A stretch of DNA of 64,000 nucleotides. It comes from Escherichia phage A7_1. The notes under the pieces were generated by a model. It was not told where the DNA came from. It searched no databases and saw nothing but the letters and a program-made list of their open reading frames with translations. The stretch lies in the sequence record OP795442. One strand, given 5' to 3'. Within the stretch, counting starts at the first letter, position 1, and every line of letters starts with the position of its first letter. This document shows, piece by piece, positions 9,342 through 18,896 of the stretch. Made by a program: the position numbers and the translations under genes.

Positions 9342-9716
9342 TTACGCCAGGTTAAAGGTAGCTTTAATCAAATCTAAAGTTTCTTGTGCATTACTACGAG
9401 AGACGGCAACCTGAATAATAACAGGGTCTTCATCTTCCCCGACTTCTTTGAAGAAGGGAAATTCACTCTCTGCAAGTTCAAAGTATACACACTTGTTACC
9501 TTCGCAGTCGTGAAAAACGTCACTACCTAAAGTACCATCTTCAAATATGACATTGTTAACATATGCAACATTATCATAGAAGTGGGTGGTGTTGACAACA
9601 AATTTAGGACCGTGCTTATAAATAAGGTCAACCAATTCTTGATTGTAGCTAGGGTCCATATTGATAAAAGCTTTTTCTAAGTCTTTATTAAGAATGTAAG
9701 TTTTTCCGATTTCCAT
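9342..9716 (-). CDS. hypothetical protein, tandem paralogue 3 of 3
   Basis: 124 aa; same motif set. Confidence 0.55.
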   Translation of the reverse strand: MEIGKTYILNKDLEKAFINMDPSYNQELVDLIYKHGPKFVVNTTHFYDNVAYVNNVIFEDGTLGSDVFHDCEGNKCVYFELAESEFPFFKEVGEDEDPVIIQVAVSRSNAQETLDLIKATFNLA

Positions 9717-9729
9717 CTTTGCTCTCCTC

Positions 9730-9905
9730 TTATTTGTTGATGAATTGGCTAAGGATTTCGATAAGATCTTTAGCTTGTTTCTTGTCGAGAATCACGCTGT
9801 CTCCTGCATGGCAGATTTCAATAACATCCTCTTCTGCATGATATTCAACTTCCTTTGCATGAAAATCTTCAGTTTCTTTAATCACTTTTACAATGCGCTG
9901 TGTCA
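9730..9905 (-). CDS. small protein (about 58 aa, not in track)
   Basis: Hand-translated MTQRIVKVIKETEDFHAKEVEYH...; GGGAGAG SD upstream; approximate coordinates. Confidence 0.4.
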
Positions 9906-10016
9906 TCTTGTTTCTCTCCCTTTCTCTCTTTCATCGTTTAGTTTCGATAAGGTGATAGTACATCAACTAACCAATTATTATTTAGCAATTAGTGCTAAAC
10001 GCCATAATCAATCTTA

Positions 10017-10259
10017 TTAATTTTCATTTAATACCCTTAGTGCTCTCTTTTCACAAATATCCCTGAGCCTGATTACCTCTCCTATTAGATAGGAAATAGC
10101 CTTAGCTTGTACTGGTTCATCGTAATCCCCAACCGTCCCAAACACTTCATCGAGAGATAGGAAGAACTCTGAAGAGTAAATACTGTTTTGATCTTCTATA
10201 GCACGGTCTGCATTAAATTTAATATCTTCCAGGGCGCTATTACTGATATTCATAGTCAA
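10017..10259 (-). CDS. hypothetical protein
   Basis: Track ORF, 80 aa. Confidence 0.45.
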   Translation of the reverse strand: MTMNISNSALEDIKFNADRAIEDQNSIYSSEFFLSLDEVFGTVGDYDEPVQAKAISYLIGEVIRLRDICEKRALRVLNEN

Positions 10260-10681
10260 ACTCCATAATCTATCTTAACAAGCTTCCCTTTGTAGTATCC
10301 AAAGTTTTTAGGAAATGCGTCGTACTCGAAGAAATCTCGGTCAAGGGTTCTATCTTTATCGTTATCAATCTCATCATAAAGTTTTTGTAGATCAGCTGTA
10401 AATAATTCCTTATTCTCTACTGATTTAGCCTTGTGCATCACAACCATAAGTCCGAATCTGTTTGAGTAAGCTATTGGGCATAGATGCGGGTTATTATACC
10501 CTTTCCACTGACCCTCTGTCATATTGCTGAGCATTCCCTGAACAAACGCCTTCCATGAATTAAATCTTGGGAACTTAATCGCATACTTGTTTGTGATTAT
10601 GACAATTCTCGTCCCACCACTCCTGTTTATCTGCATCTTAATATCTCCAGACCTCGTTACTTGTTTCGATGAGGGCATCAT
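10256..10681 (-). CDS. hypothetical protein
   Basis: Track ORF, 141 aa. Confidence 0.5.
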   Translation of the reverse strand: MMPSSKQVTRSGDIKMQINRSGGTRIVIITNKYAIKFPRFNSWKAFVQGMLSNMTEGQWKGYNNPHLCPIAYSNRFGLMVVMHKAKSVENKELFTADLQKLYDEIDNDKDRTLDRDFFEYDAFPKNFGYYKGKLVKIDYGV

Positions 10682-10723
10682 ACCAGAATGAATCTGTGTG
10701 TCAACACTTTTTATTCAGATAAT

Positions 10724-10750
10724 AAAAAACCACCCCGAAGGGTGGTTTAA
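10724..10750. terminator. bidirectional terminator
   Basis: Hairpin accaccccgaagggtggt with A-run before and T-run after. Confidence 0.75.
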
Positions 10751-10751
10751 A

Positions 10752-11276
10752 TTAATTGCACAGGATGGTCTTTATAGCTGCATCAACTTCTGGACCTTCC
10801 TTACCGATAAAAGAAGCAAGACCCTTAAGTTTACAGGCTTCATACACTGCCCTAGCTTCTTCTTTTGTCCTGTATCTCCCAATATGTTTTTTGTTGATCT
10901 TGACCCTCCATTTCTGGCGATCTTCTTCCCAAGATATGCCTTTTCTTTTTGTCCAGTAACGATTAAGGTCACCGGAGATAAACAGGCAGGTTTCTGGTGA
11001 ATATACCTTACCGCCTTTTAAATCTTTATCAAGGCACTTCCCCTTCCAATCCTTTGTTTGCATCCACGCTTTGAAATTGCTAAACCTGAGCCACTCTTCA
11101 CAGACGGTAGTCCCCTCATAAGAGGGGTCCCTTGACAAAGCGCCCTGATCGTAACAACGTTGAAGCATACTCATCCATCGCATGTAGAATGGGCACATCT
11201 TTTCGTCTGGCCTAACATTGTAACCTGCGTCGTTTATACCCTTTCCGTAAACCATAAAAAACTCCTTATAAATCAA
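10752..11276 (-). CDS. AP2-like DNA-binding domain protein, homing-endonuclease-related
   Basis: C-terminal ISWEEDRQKWRVKINKKHIGRYRTKEEARAVYEA resembles AP2 domains of phage homing endonucleases; no clear HNH or GIY-YIG catalytic motif seen. Confidence 0.5.
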   Translation of the reverse strand: MIYKEFFMVYGKGINDAGYNVRPDEKMCPFYMRWMSMLQRCYDQGALSRDPSYEGTTVCEEWLRFSNFKAWMQTKDWKGKCLDKDLKGGKVYSPETCLFISGDLNRYWTKRKGISWEEDRQKWRVKINKKHIGRYRTKEEARAVYEACKLKGLASFIGKEGPEVDAAIKTILCN

Positions 11277-11282
11277 TAACTA

Positions 11283-13937
11283 CTAATGGCACGCCCCCCA
11301 GTTCATCCCTGTGAGGTATTCTCCAGTTATCATCACTGGTGATTTCATCATCTTAGCTGCTTGTTCGACACAACGAACAACCATCTCTCCTACAGGGCAG
11401 TATGTAATAGTGAAGATACCATTTTCATCAGGATCACACTTAAACTTCCCTTCTTTCACACAATGACCATCTAAGACCATCTTCTTAGCCAAGCAAGCTT
11501 CTACAAATTTTTTCGCGTCAGCTTCGTTGTCAAAGGTCCAGGTCTTCTTGAACTTGTGTGGCACTTCAAGCTGGTATTCATCATGATAGTAAATGATACG
11601 GCGAACACCTTCATCATACCAACCTTTCTTAACCAACTGCCAGTGCAGGAGGATACCTACCAAGTCAAACAGTGCAGCACCACCATTCTGCTGATAAGCA
11701 TTAAGCAATGAGTGTTTGGAACGAGTGTAGATCTTACGTCCATCAAGACCGTAGATGAATCGCTTACCGTTAGCTTCCCAAAACTTCTCTAGTGCTTCTT
11801 TACGACCTTTCAAGCCGATGTTGCTATCCCAGAATGCGTCGATTACTGCCTGGGCCTTCTCAAGAGTGATCCCCAGCATTGATGCAATCTTCGCTGCCTG
11901 TGCCCCGTACATAATTCCGTATGTCACACCTTTACCTTCACCACGAGAAACCTTCTTCCCTGCCGCTTTGGTATACGCTTCTGCGTTTCGGGAGTGAGCA
12001 TCTCCAGATTCCATGATACGAAGATAAGCGCCACCATCGAAATCATACGCGCCCCATGCCGCGATCATACCTTCCAAGTTTGAACCGTCGATACCTACCT
12101 GATATTTACCCTCGGAGGCTCTAAACAGTTCACGCATCTCTTTACCGAGAAGAACTTTCTCATCCGGCTTAGGTACGTTTGCTACGATCGTATGCTTACG
12201 ACGACCTGTGTTAGTTATTCCACTATAACGGGCCGGAAGTTTACCGTCAACCCGTAGACGTGGATGGTTAAGCCATCCGGTATCAACCTTCTCTTCTTTC
12301 AGTGGGTCAAGAACAGATCGTCGGTTACGTAAAGACAGCCATTTAACAATCTGTTTAGCCATTTCACCATCTACTCGCTCAAGGTTAGGGCAAAGACCCT
12401 GCTGATCCTTAAGTTGTGGAGATGTTGGTAATGCACGGGCTTTCTTCCTGAAGAACTTATACATCTTCTCTTTATCTTGCCACTGCTTACCACTGATACC
12501 TAAACTTTTCAGAATCAGATCGCGATATTCAGTCTGGTCAAGATCATCAATATATTGACGAACAATGATATCGACTTCGTTATCGGGACGTTGTTTCTTA
12601 AACTGGTCCTTCGTCGCATCTTTAGTTCGCCACAATGTTGGGACCCAACCAGCATCACGAATAAGGAATTTTTTAACGTCATCCTGATTACCAATACGCA
12701 TCGGGATCATAATGTCCGGCATCTTTTGTTCTTTGATATCCATCAAAGCACGAGCCATATCTTCCGGCGGCAAAGGAACAAGCCCTTGCTGCTTAACGTT
12801 TTGTGCACGGATAAAATCACCCATTTTGGATTCATCTTCTACACCGTGTTCAACACAATACTTGATCGCGGCGGCAGTAAGAGATCCGTCAGCCTTAAAC
12901 GGCTTACTTGGTGCACCTTTAAACTCTAATGCTTCCCAATTGATATTATAACCTAACTTCTCTAACCATTTCCAACCTGTACCGGAAAGAGATCCATCAC
13001 CCTTGAAAGGCTTAGATGGGAATGTCGGTTGTGCTGATTTCGACATTTCTTTCTTCGGTAACTTAGGTTCAACCTCTAACTCAATGTCTGTCATCATCTT
13101 ATCGATACGATCACGGAGCTTGAGTGCTTTTTCTTCATCAAATGAAACACCCTGAATCTCTTGCTCAATCATCAGGTAGTCGGTCAGCATACCTCGACGC
13201 AGGGCATTCTTCCAGTTGATCATTTTAAACTTCTTCTGATCTTTGTCTGTTTCATCCTTAAACATGAAGCGTTTATCATCTGGCATGGATTCACAAGAGA
13301 TCTCTTTCATCAGAGCATCCCACACCATTTCGTTGATAATTACGTCTTCAATAATACGATCGCAATATTTCCAAAGTGGAAGGCCACGCCAATCTTCAAT
13401 CGCCACTTTCTGGTTGGCTACTCGCATACCCCAAGCTTCAAGCCCGTGAGGGCCTACAGGCTTCATTTTACCTGTGACTGGGTTCTTTACCATCTCGGGA
13501 CAACCACGAGGCAGAGGGCGATCTGGATACAATGTACGGGACATTGAAAGTGTATCGAAGATGTTTACTTGTTTACCATTAATCGTACCCATGCAACCAG
13601 GGTCTGCAAACATATCGTAAGTTGTTCCAAGCATCTTCTTAAACAACTGGAGGTCGTAGCCGAAGATGTTGTGGATAGCAATTGCTTTAGGCTCTGTGAC
13701 AAACCACTCGTTTAATTCCTCAATGGTCCGAATCTTAAAGTTTTTACCTTTAGATTGGATAAATTTAACAGCTTGATCGTAACCTTCCCGCTGGGGATCA
13801 AGAAAGATGTTCCAGTTATCTTTTTTATACTCTTTAAACAAGACGCAGTGAATCAGATCAACCTCTGTCAATAGACCATTCGCTTCCGCATCTCCAATAA
13901 ATAAGCCTTTCATTTTTTCTCCTTCTTCAAGCTCCAA
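11283..13937 (-). CDS. DNA polymerase, family A, with 3'-5' exonuclease domain
   Basis: 884 aa; N-terminal FIGDAEANGL (Exo I D-x-E); motif A DGSNLEGM; motif B R-GEGKGVTYGIMYG; motif C YHDEYQLE. Confidence 0.9.
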   Translation of the reverse strand: MELEEGEKMKGLFIGDAEANGLLTEVDLIHCVLFKEYKKDNWNIFLDPQREGYDQAVKFIQSKGKNFKIRTIEELNEWFVTEPKAIAIHNIFGYDLQLFKKMLGTTYDMFADPGCMGTINGKQVNIFDTLSMSRTLYPDRPLPRGCPEMVKNPVTGKMKPVGPHGLEAWGMRVANQKVAIEDWRGLPLWKYCDRIIEDVIINEMVWDALMKEISCESMPDDKRFMFKDETDKDQKKFKMINWKNALRRGMLTDYLMIEQEIQGVSFDEEKALKLRDRIDKMMTDIELEVEPKLPKKEMSKSAQPTFPSKPFKGDGSLSGTGWKWLEKLGYNINWEALEFKGAPSKPFKADGSLTAAAIKYCVEHGVEDESKMGDFIRAQNVKQQGLVPLPPEDMARALMDIKEQKMPDIMIPMRIGNQDDVKKFLIRDAGWVPTLWRTKDATKDQFKKQRPDNEVDIIVRQYIDDLDQTEYRDLILKSLGISGKQWQDKEKMYKFFRKKARALPTSPQLKDQQGLCPNLERVDGEMAKQIVKWLSLRNRRSVLDPLKEEKVDTGWLNHPRLRVDGKLPARYSGITNTGRRKHTIVANVPKPDEKVLLGKEMRELFRASEGKYQVGIDGSNLEGMIAAWGAYDFDGGAYLRIMESGDAHSRNAEAYTKAAGKKVSRGEGKGVTYGIMYGAQAAKIASMLGITLEKAQAVIDAFWDSNIGLKGRKEALEKFWEANGKRFIYGLDGRKIYTRSKHSLLNAYQQNGGAALFDLVGILLHWQLVKKGWYDEGVRRIIYYHDEYQLEVPHKFKKTWTFDNEADAKKFVEACLAKKMVLDGHCVKEGKFKCDPDENGIFTITYCPVGEMVVRCVEQAAKMMKSPVMITGEYLTGMNWGACH

Positions 13938-13947
13938 CTAGACTAAA

Positions 13948-13975
13948 ACAAAGCCCAGCCGGAGGTATGACCCTT
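13948..13975 (-). terminator. terminator-like hairpin just upstream of the polymerase gene
   Basis: On minus strand agccgaagggtcatacctccggct followed by gggctttgtttt; approximate coordinates. Confidence 0.4.
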
Positions 13976-13986
13976 CGGCTAGGTTA

Positions 13987-14079
13987 TCAAAAGTGTCGGT
14001 ATCCTTCATCAATAAAATAAAGCATCACTAACAGGGCGAATACCCCACATAAGAAGATCAAGCCCAATAAGGTGGGCAT
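13987..14079 (-). CDS. tiny hydrophobic peptide (about 30 aa, not in track)
   Basis: MPTLLGLIFLCGVFALLVMLYF...; ATG overlaps upstream stop (TGATG); approximate. Confidence 0.3.
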   Translation of the reverse strand: MPTLLGLIFLCGVFALLVMLYFIDEGYRHF

Positions 14080-14312
14080 CAGTCTTCTATTACCTCAAAT
14101 TCACCACTAAAAGCTACGATAGTTTCACCGTAGCCCATGTTCAATCGGGCAGTTGTAGGTTTGCCATTCCTAGATAGATAGTACACCCTCGCTTCGTAAA
14201 TGTCACCAACTTTTACACCGTAAGCCTGTAGGTCTTTGTTATTGATATCTTTATTTTCAGCATTGATTATTCGAACACTGCTGATCTCTGAGTATACAGA
14301 ATTATCTTTCAT
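14079..14312 (-). CDS. hypothetical protein
   Basis: Track ORF 14079..14354 overlaps its upstream neighbour; the internal ATG (MKDNSVYSE) abuts the upstream stop and is the likelier start. Confidence 0.45.
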   Translation of the reverse strand: MKDNSVYSEISSVRIINAENKDINNKDLQAYGVKVGDIYEARVYYLSRNGKPTTARLNMGYGETIVAFSGEFEVIED

Positions 14313-14596
14313 CAGTATTTTTCCTCTGGACGGAAAACTCCACGGCAAGCCCACATACTTGCTTCTTTGAGGCGATCTTTAGCCTTAGATAAGCAATCAG
14401 ATGCAAAAAGCACGGAATCTAGATCCCCTTCGGGAATCGAAGAGTCATTAGCCAGTCGATTATATTCCTCAATAATCTCGTCTTCTAATGCTTTTAAAAT
14501 AAGACCTAAACGAATTTCAGCATCTTTAATGGCATTCACCTTACCGATTTTTTCATCGGTGTGTGGTTTGTAGCCCTTAATGTCATCAATAGCCAT
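14312..14596 (-). CDS. hypothetical protein
   Basis: Track ORF, 94 aa. Confidence 0.45.
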   Translation of the reverse strand: MAIDDIKGYKPHTDEKIGKVNAIKDAEIRLGLILKALEDEIIEEYNRLANDSSIPEGDLDSVLFASDCLSKAKDRLKEASMWACRGVFRPEEKY

Positions 14597-15090
14597 TACC
14601 AGTCCTCCTCTGTTTGTTCATACTCTGAAGGGGTGATGAAGTAATTCTGACCCCGCTTGCACTGGTTGAAAGTCCCAACATACCAAGTACCGATATCCAT
14701 GTTGATGAAAGTTTCTTCTTGAACAAAGATCAGATCAGCAAGATTATTGTCTGATCGTTGGGTCGCTAACAAAATATGCTCAAAATCTGCCAACGTCATG
14801 TTATAAGAGAAACCATCTTCGTCCTCCATAACCGCAACAACAGAACTGCGCCCCTGAGTGAATTGACGAAACTGTAAACGTAAATGACGATGCTCATGTT
14901 CATTCGTCTTTACCTTTTTCCGATTTTCAAAGTATTCTTCGGAATAATACGGATGCTTTAACTTTAGCTTTTCAATCTCTTCTAAAGAAAGAGCGTCCTT
15001 GTCCCAACCAGTGAACCATTTACCGTTATGATCAAATACCGCAGGGTATTTACGCTTACTTAAATCTTTAAACATCATAATCCTCCCCAT
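14596..15090 (-). CDS. hypothetical protein
   Basis: Track ORF, 164 aa. Confidence 0.5.
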   Translation of the reverse strand: MGRIMMFKDLSKRKYPAVFDHNGKWFTGWDKDALSLEEIEKLKLKHPYYSEEYFENRKKVKTNEHEHRHLRLQFRQFTQGRSSVVAVMEDEDGFSYNMTLADFEHILLATQRSDNNLADLIFVQEETFINMDIGTWYVGTFNQCKRGQNYFITPSEYEQTEEDW

Positions 15091-15400
15091 AAATATCTTG
15101 AATTTTTGAACTTAGGTATTCAGGATCGCTACCATCATACCAGACTTCTACGAAAACCTTTTGGGAACCTTTAACGATCTTTGCACCGACTCTTTCAATA
15201 CCTTTAAAGAAAGATTGCAAGATGTAATCATCTAACACGTTTACTCCATAAGCATCGTGGAGGGATTTTTCATTGTGAACATACACAACCATCTTACCAT
15301 CATAGGTGATTTGGATATGGGGATCATCTTCCCAAGTAATAGCCGGAGAATCCGGCTCAAGCTTTGCAATAACACCAATAGTCAATCGGTTGTCACTCAC
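15068..15400 (-). CDS. hypothetical protein
   Basis: Track ORF, 110 aa. Confidence 0.5.
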   Translation of the reverse strand: MSDNRLTIGVIAKLEPDSPAITWEDDPHIQITYDGKMVVYVHNEKSLHDAYGVNVLDDYILQSFFKGIERVGAKIVKGSQKVFVEVWYDGSDPEYLSSKIQDIYGEDYDV

Positions 15401-16614
15401 TCTTTACCCCCTGCGATGCGTAACATTTTGATAGTTTTCTCCAGTTCTTTACGAGGTTTAGCAACTAAACGACGTTCGTGTCGCTTCAGGAAGCCTTCTA
15501 AGAACTCTAGCGGTTTAAAGGATAACACTTCCTGTACTGATTCGTCAACAGCATACTCTTTCTGGACCATACGATAAACCGGATTTTTTACAGTTACAGG
15601 AGTATAACCCTTCGTGATCGCCATCTGAGTAACAACACGTTTCTTACCGTCGGTCCACGAATCGTCAATAGGGAAAGAATCTTTTCCGTATTTTTCAGCG
15701 AACAACTTAACTGCTGTCTTTGTCAGGTCGTCCTGATCTTCTTGTGACCGACTTTGACCCCAATAATAGCCACCAGAGGTCTTAGCACGACGTTCTGAGA
15801 ACAAAGCAAGGTCATCGTACTGCTCAAGAGCTAAACGCGCCAGAAGCTCGATATCGTCGCTTTCTGACAGTAGTCGGTTTGCTTCATACTTAACCTCAAA
15901 AGTATTTGCACTATCACGATCACGGTCAAGAGTAAAGGCTTCCGGCTTAAAATCATAATCGAATTTAAAATTACCTGGAACACGAGTAACGAACAGTCCA
16001 TTTACAAACAGGTTGCAGTCGCCACCTGTGATAGAGCCATCCTCTTCTTCATTTTGGTATTCGTCCGCAGCATTGTATAGCTTAGTATAAGCTTTACCGC
16101 GGTCATTCTGAATAACGACTGTACGTTCAGTAGTTGGTGCATAGTTATCCATAATTTCCGACATAGCGTACTGAGGGATGTTTTCAATGATAACGGTCAC
16201 AGTATTTGAATCACGACCCGATAAGGCGTTTTCATGGATATCCACCGCCAAAATGTTCTGTTCGTATGTGGTATCGTAAACCATATTTGGAATCCAAAGA
16301 TCATTACCATTTTCGATAACGATATCTGCGCCTTCACGAACAAGCACCAGAAGACCCACTTTCAGACCTTCACCAAACTTACCGATCTTACTGTCATCAT
16401 CACGTTTGGTTGAAACACCCATCAAAAGGCCGGAAACAGGAACAACACCGCCACGAGAGATGATTGTGATCTTACCTTGATTACTATCATCATTCCCAAA
16501 ATAAATATTGAAATCTTCTGTATCGATAGCATTTTGCATGAGTTCACGAGCACCTTGCCACCATGACCAGTGGCTGACGTAATTTTCAGTGATGCTCAAT
16601 TTAATCTGTTTCAT
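15397..16614 (-). CDS. GHKL-superfamily (Bergerat fold) ATPase
   Basis: 405 aa; N-box RELMQNAIDT (E-x-x-x-N-x-x-D); G2-like box GKFGEGLKVG. Confidence 0.65.
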   Translation of the reverse strand: MKQIKLSITENYVSHWSWWQGARELMQNAIDTEDFNIYFGNDDSNQGKITIISRGGVVPVSGLLMGVSTKRDDDSKIGKFGEGLKVGLLVLVREGADIVIENGNDLWIPNMVYDTTYEQNILAVDIHENALSGRDSNTVTVIIENIPQYAMSEIMDNYAPTTERTVVIQNDRGKAYTKLYNAADEYQNEEEDGSITGGDCNLFVNGLFVTRVPGNFKFDYDFKPEAFTLDRDRDSANTFEVKYEANRLLSESDDIELLARLALEQYDDLALFSERRAKTSGGYYWGQSRSQEDQDDLTKTAVKLFAEKYGKDSFPIDDSWTDGKKRVVTQMAITKGYTPVTVKNPVYRMVQKEYAVDESVQEVLSFKPLEFLEGFLKRHERRLVAKPRKELEKTIKMLRIAGGKE

Positions 16615-16626
16615 TTATTTGTCCTC

Positions 16627-17343
16627 TTATTTGTTGTATTGATAAATTGCTTCAGCTAAGCCCCGTGGGGTTAGTGACCGGATCATCTTAGTTCTTGCTG
16701 ACTTACCTCCTAACTTATTCTGCTGATCTGACCAACCAGGTGCAACAGGAACCGGAGAGGTTTTTGGAATTATAAACCCATTTCCTGTCCAAAGTCCAGT
16801 CTTTTTCGGATAAGCATCCCTTGGTTTAATGTATTGAGGAAAATAAGGGTTAACATCATTTACCGGAAGGTAACCGCCATATTCCCAAGGGTTAAAATAT
16901 ACAGTAGGTTTTCGCCATTGTCCAGCTAAAACACTTACTGGGTTTTCAATCATATACGGACAATCGAAAACAAATTCAGCAAGCCAAGCTGCAATCTTCG
17001 CAGTTCTTACCGCCTTGACCTGGAAGAAAGGATCTTTTGCTTTCTTCGATGCAAAGTGACGAGAACCACTAACAGCCATATCGGTACATGGAGGATAGGC
17101 AAGGATCAGGTCCGGCGCAGGCAATCCTAAGTTCTCTACATTCTCCATCCATTCAATATCGATAAAGGCGTTAACGTAAGTGATGTTGGGATGAATTTCC
17201 TTTACGCCTTCATAATCCCCGTGATCAGCATCGTCATAGTTGAAGCAGTAGCATTTGTGCCCTGCCTTCGCCCAGGGAAGAACATCAATCCCTGAACCAG
17301 AAAAGAGACTCCAGATAATCTTTTTATTCATCGTAGCATCCAA
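16627..17343 (-). CDS. minimal C5-cytosine methyltransferase-like protein
   Basis: 238 aa; motif I LFSGSG, motif IV AYPPCTDMAVSG (Pro-Cys), motif VI-like MIENPV, C-terminal TPRGLAEA; unusually short with no obvious target-recognition domain. Confidence 0.55.
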   Translation of the reverse strand: MDATMNKKIIWSLFSGSGIDVLPWAKAGHKCYCFNYDDADHGDYEGVKEIHPNITYVNAFIDIEWMENVENLGLPAPDLILAYPPCTDMAVSGSRHFASKKAKDPFFQVKAVRTAKIAAWLAEFVFDCPYMIENPVSVLAGQWRKPTVYFNPWEYGGYLPVNDVNPYFPQYIKPRDAYPKKTGLWTGNGFIIPKTSPVPVAPGWSDQQNKLGGKSARTKMIRSLTPRGLAEAIYQYNK

Positions 17344-17636
17344 ATAGTGGTTAATTTACAAATACACCAGAAAATCCCGATCAGTGTAGCCAGAGTAATA
17401 ACACAAGTCAATACTATAGGTAAGAATATCGTCATAATCACTGCAAAAACTGAAATACCTATGCTTGCAATAAGATCCGGCACGAAATAGTGAAATGGAT
17501 CTCTTGCCTTTTTAATGTTGTCCCATGTTATTACTACGGAGCTAAGGACGAGCCAGAATAAAAAGTACAAAATGCAAGGAAATAAAGTCATGTGTGACTT
17601 AACCATATCAAACCACATGTTGTAGAATTCAATCAT
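17328..17636 (-). CDS. membrane protein
   Basis: 102 aa, three hydrophobic helices. Confidence 0.5.
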   Translation of the reverse strand: MIEFYNMWFDMVKSHMTLFPCILYFLFWLVLSSVVITWDNIKKARDPFHYFVPDLIASIGISVFAVIMTIFLPIVLTCVITLATLIGIFWCICKLTTIWMLR

Positions 17637-17956
17637 TCAGTTTTCCTCGGTACAGATGCAATAACAGCCTTTTCGACGAGACATACAATAAATCTCCCAA
17701 TCCCTGCCAAAAGGAGAGCAAAGACTGTAAAAGGCAACCCATAAATAAGAACCAAAATCATCAATCCAAAACAAGCGGAAAACAGGACTTCTGTGCCTAG
17801 CCACATTTTGGAGTAATTGATATAATTATGCCGCAATTTTAAAAACAGTCCAGCAATAGAGCCTACAGAAAATATACCAATCAACCAAGGTGCAGTTACA
17901 AATGAACGACTGAACCCTTCCCAAAAAACAAAAACATTAATGATTGCTTCGATCAT
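17633..17956 (-). CDS. membrane protein
   Basis: 107 aa, multiple hydrophobic helices. Confidence 0.5.
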   Translation of the reverse strand: MIEAIINVFVFWEGFSRSFVTAPWLIGIFSVGSIAGLFLKLRHNYINYSKMWLGTEVLFSACFGLMILVLIYGLPFTVFALLLAGIGRFIVCLVEKAVIASVPRKTE

Positions 17957-18207
17957 AAACCATACCTCGCTTCATATAAGAATTCATCAAGATCTTTACT
18001 GTCGTCGGAACCTTCTACTGTCAACGGCATCAGGTGTTCTTTGAAATAATAGCAAAGATTGCCGGAACTCGTTTCCACTAAACATGTGGTTTTGCAAACC
18101 ATCTTAACTTTCACCGATAGTCCCGCATCTTCATGGCTGTGGACCATTGCAAGACAACCATCATAAAGCTTATCCTCGTAAGGTAAGCAAGGATCTGGAT
18201 TTTTCAT
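17953..18207 (-). CDS. hypothetical protein
   Basis: Track ORF, 84 aa. Confidence 0.45.
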   Translation of the reverse strand: MKNPDPCLPYEDKLYDGCLAMVHSHEDAGLSVKVKMVCKTTCLVETSSGNLCYYFKEHLMPLTVEGSDDSKDLDEFLYEARYGL

Positions 18208-18500
18208 CGTGAACTTTCCTCCTCCGCATGTTTACGCACCCATTCTACACGGGACGCGTTCAGGTGTTTGTTATCGTCGTAGTGATACGCTTTCCAACCT
18301 TCGTCGAAAGGGAACTCCCAGTTCAGTCCGGCATCGGTAAACTGTTGCTGCATCTCTTTGAGTAACTTATAGTCACACTCTGAAAACTCTTCCAGTGCGT
18401 TACACAGACCGCAGGTCCGATCAAACGTCTCGGAGTGTGGTGCACCAGCGTCAAGCCACTCAGCATAGGCTTTATAGAATGCTTTAAGTTGCTCGCTCAT
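18204..18500 (-). CDS. hypothetical protein (paralogue of 8123..8449)
   Basis: 98 aa; shared motifs with 8123..8449. Confidence 0.5.
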   Translation of the reverse strand: MSEQLKAFYKAYAEWLDAGAPHSETFDRTCGLCNALEEFSECDYKLLKEMQQQFTDAGLNWEFPFDEGWKAYHYDDNKHLNASRVEWVRKHAEEESSR

Positions 18501-18896
18501 TTATTTATCCTCTGCATATGCAATCTTAGTCATGTAGTCAATACAATCATATTGAACATTGTGGCTATTAAAAACAGCCTTGTCTTTGTAAATAACTTGC
18601 CAATAATCAATGCTTTCAATTTCGGAAAGGTATGCAACACACTCCCCTTTTGGATTAATAAGTTCAACTCGATCAGTTTCTCGTAATTTCCAACCAGTAG
18701 GTAACTGAACAGCTTGTTCCTTAAAAATCACAATATCGTCACGGTGACCAGTTGCCCTTTTAAATGCCCGCAGTAATTCTTTGTATTCACGATATTTCAC
18801 ATAAAGGCCGTCCTCTGATTTTTCCATACGGGCTTCATTGATATTGCAATTACCATCCATATCTCCAACCAGGTCGTAACGATATACAGGTTTCAT
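18501..18896 (-). CDS. hypothetical protein
   Basis: Track ORF, 131 aa. Confidence 0.5.
   Translation of the reverse strand: MKPVYRYDLVGDMDGNCNINEARMEKSEDGLYVKYREYKELLRAFKRATGHRDDIVIFKEQAVQLPTGWKLRETDRVELINPKGECVAYLSEIESIDYWQVIYKDKAVFNSHNVQYDCIDYMTKIAYAEDK

Noticed and set aside
12555-13547. Plus-strand track ORFs inside the DNA polymerase gene (12555..12929, 12712..12951, 13161..13547)
   Set aside because: Antisense to a well-supported 884-aa polymerase ORF; no independent signals.
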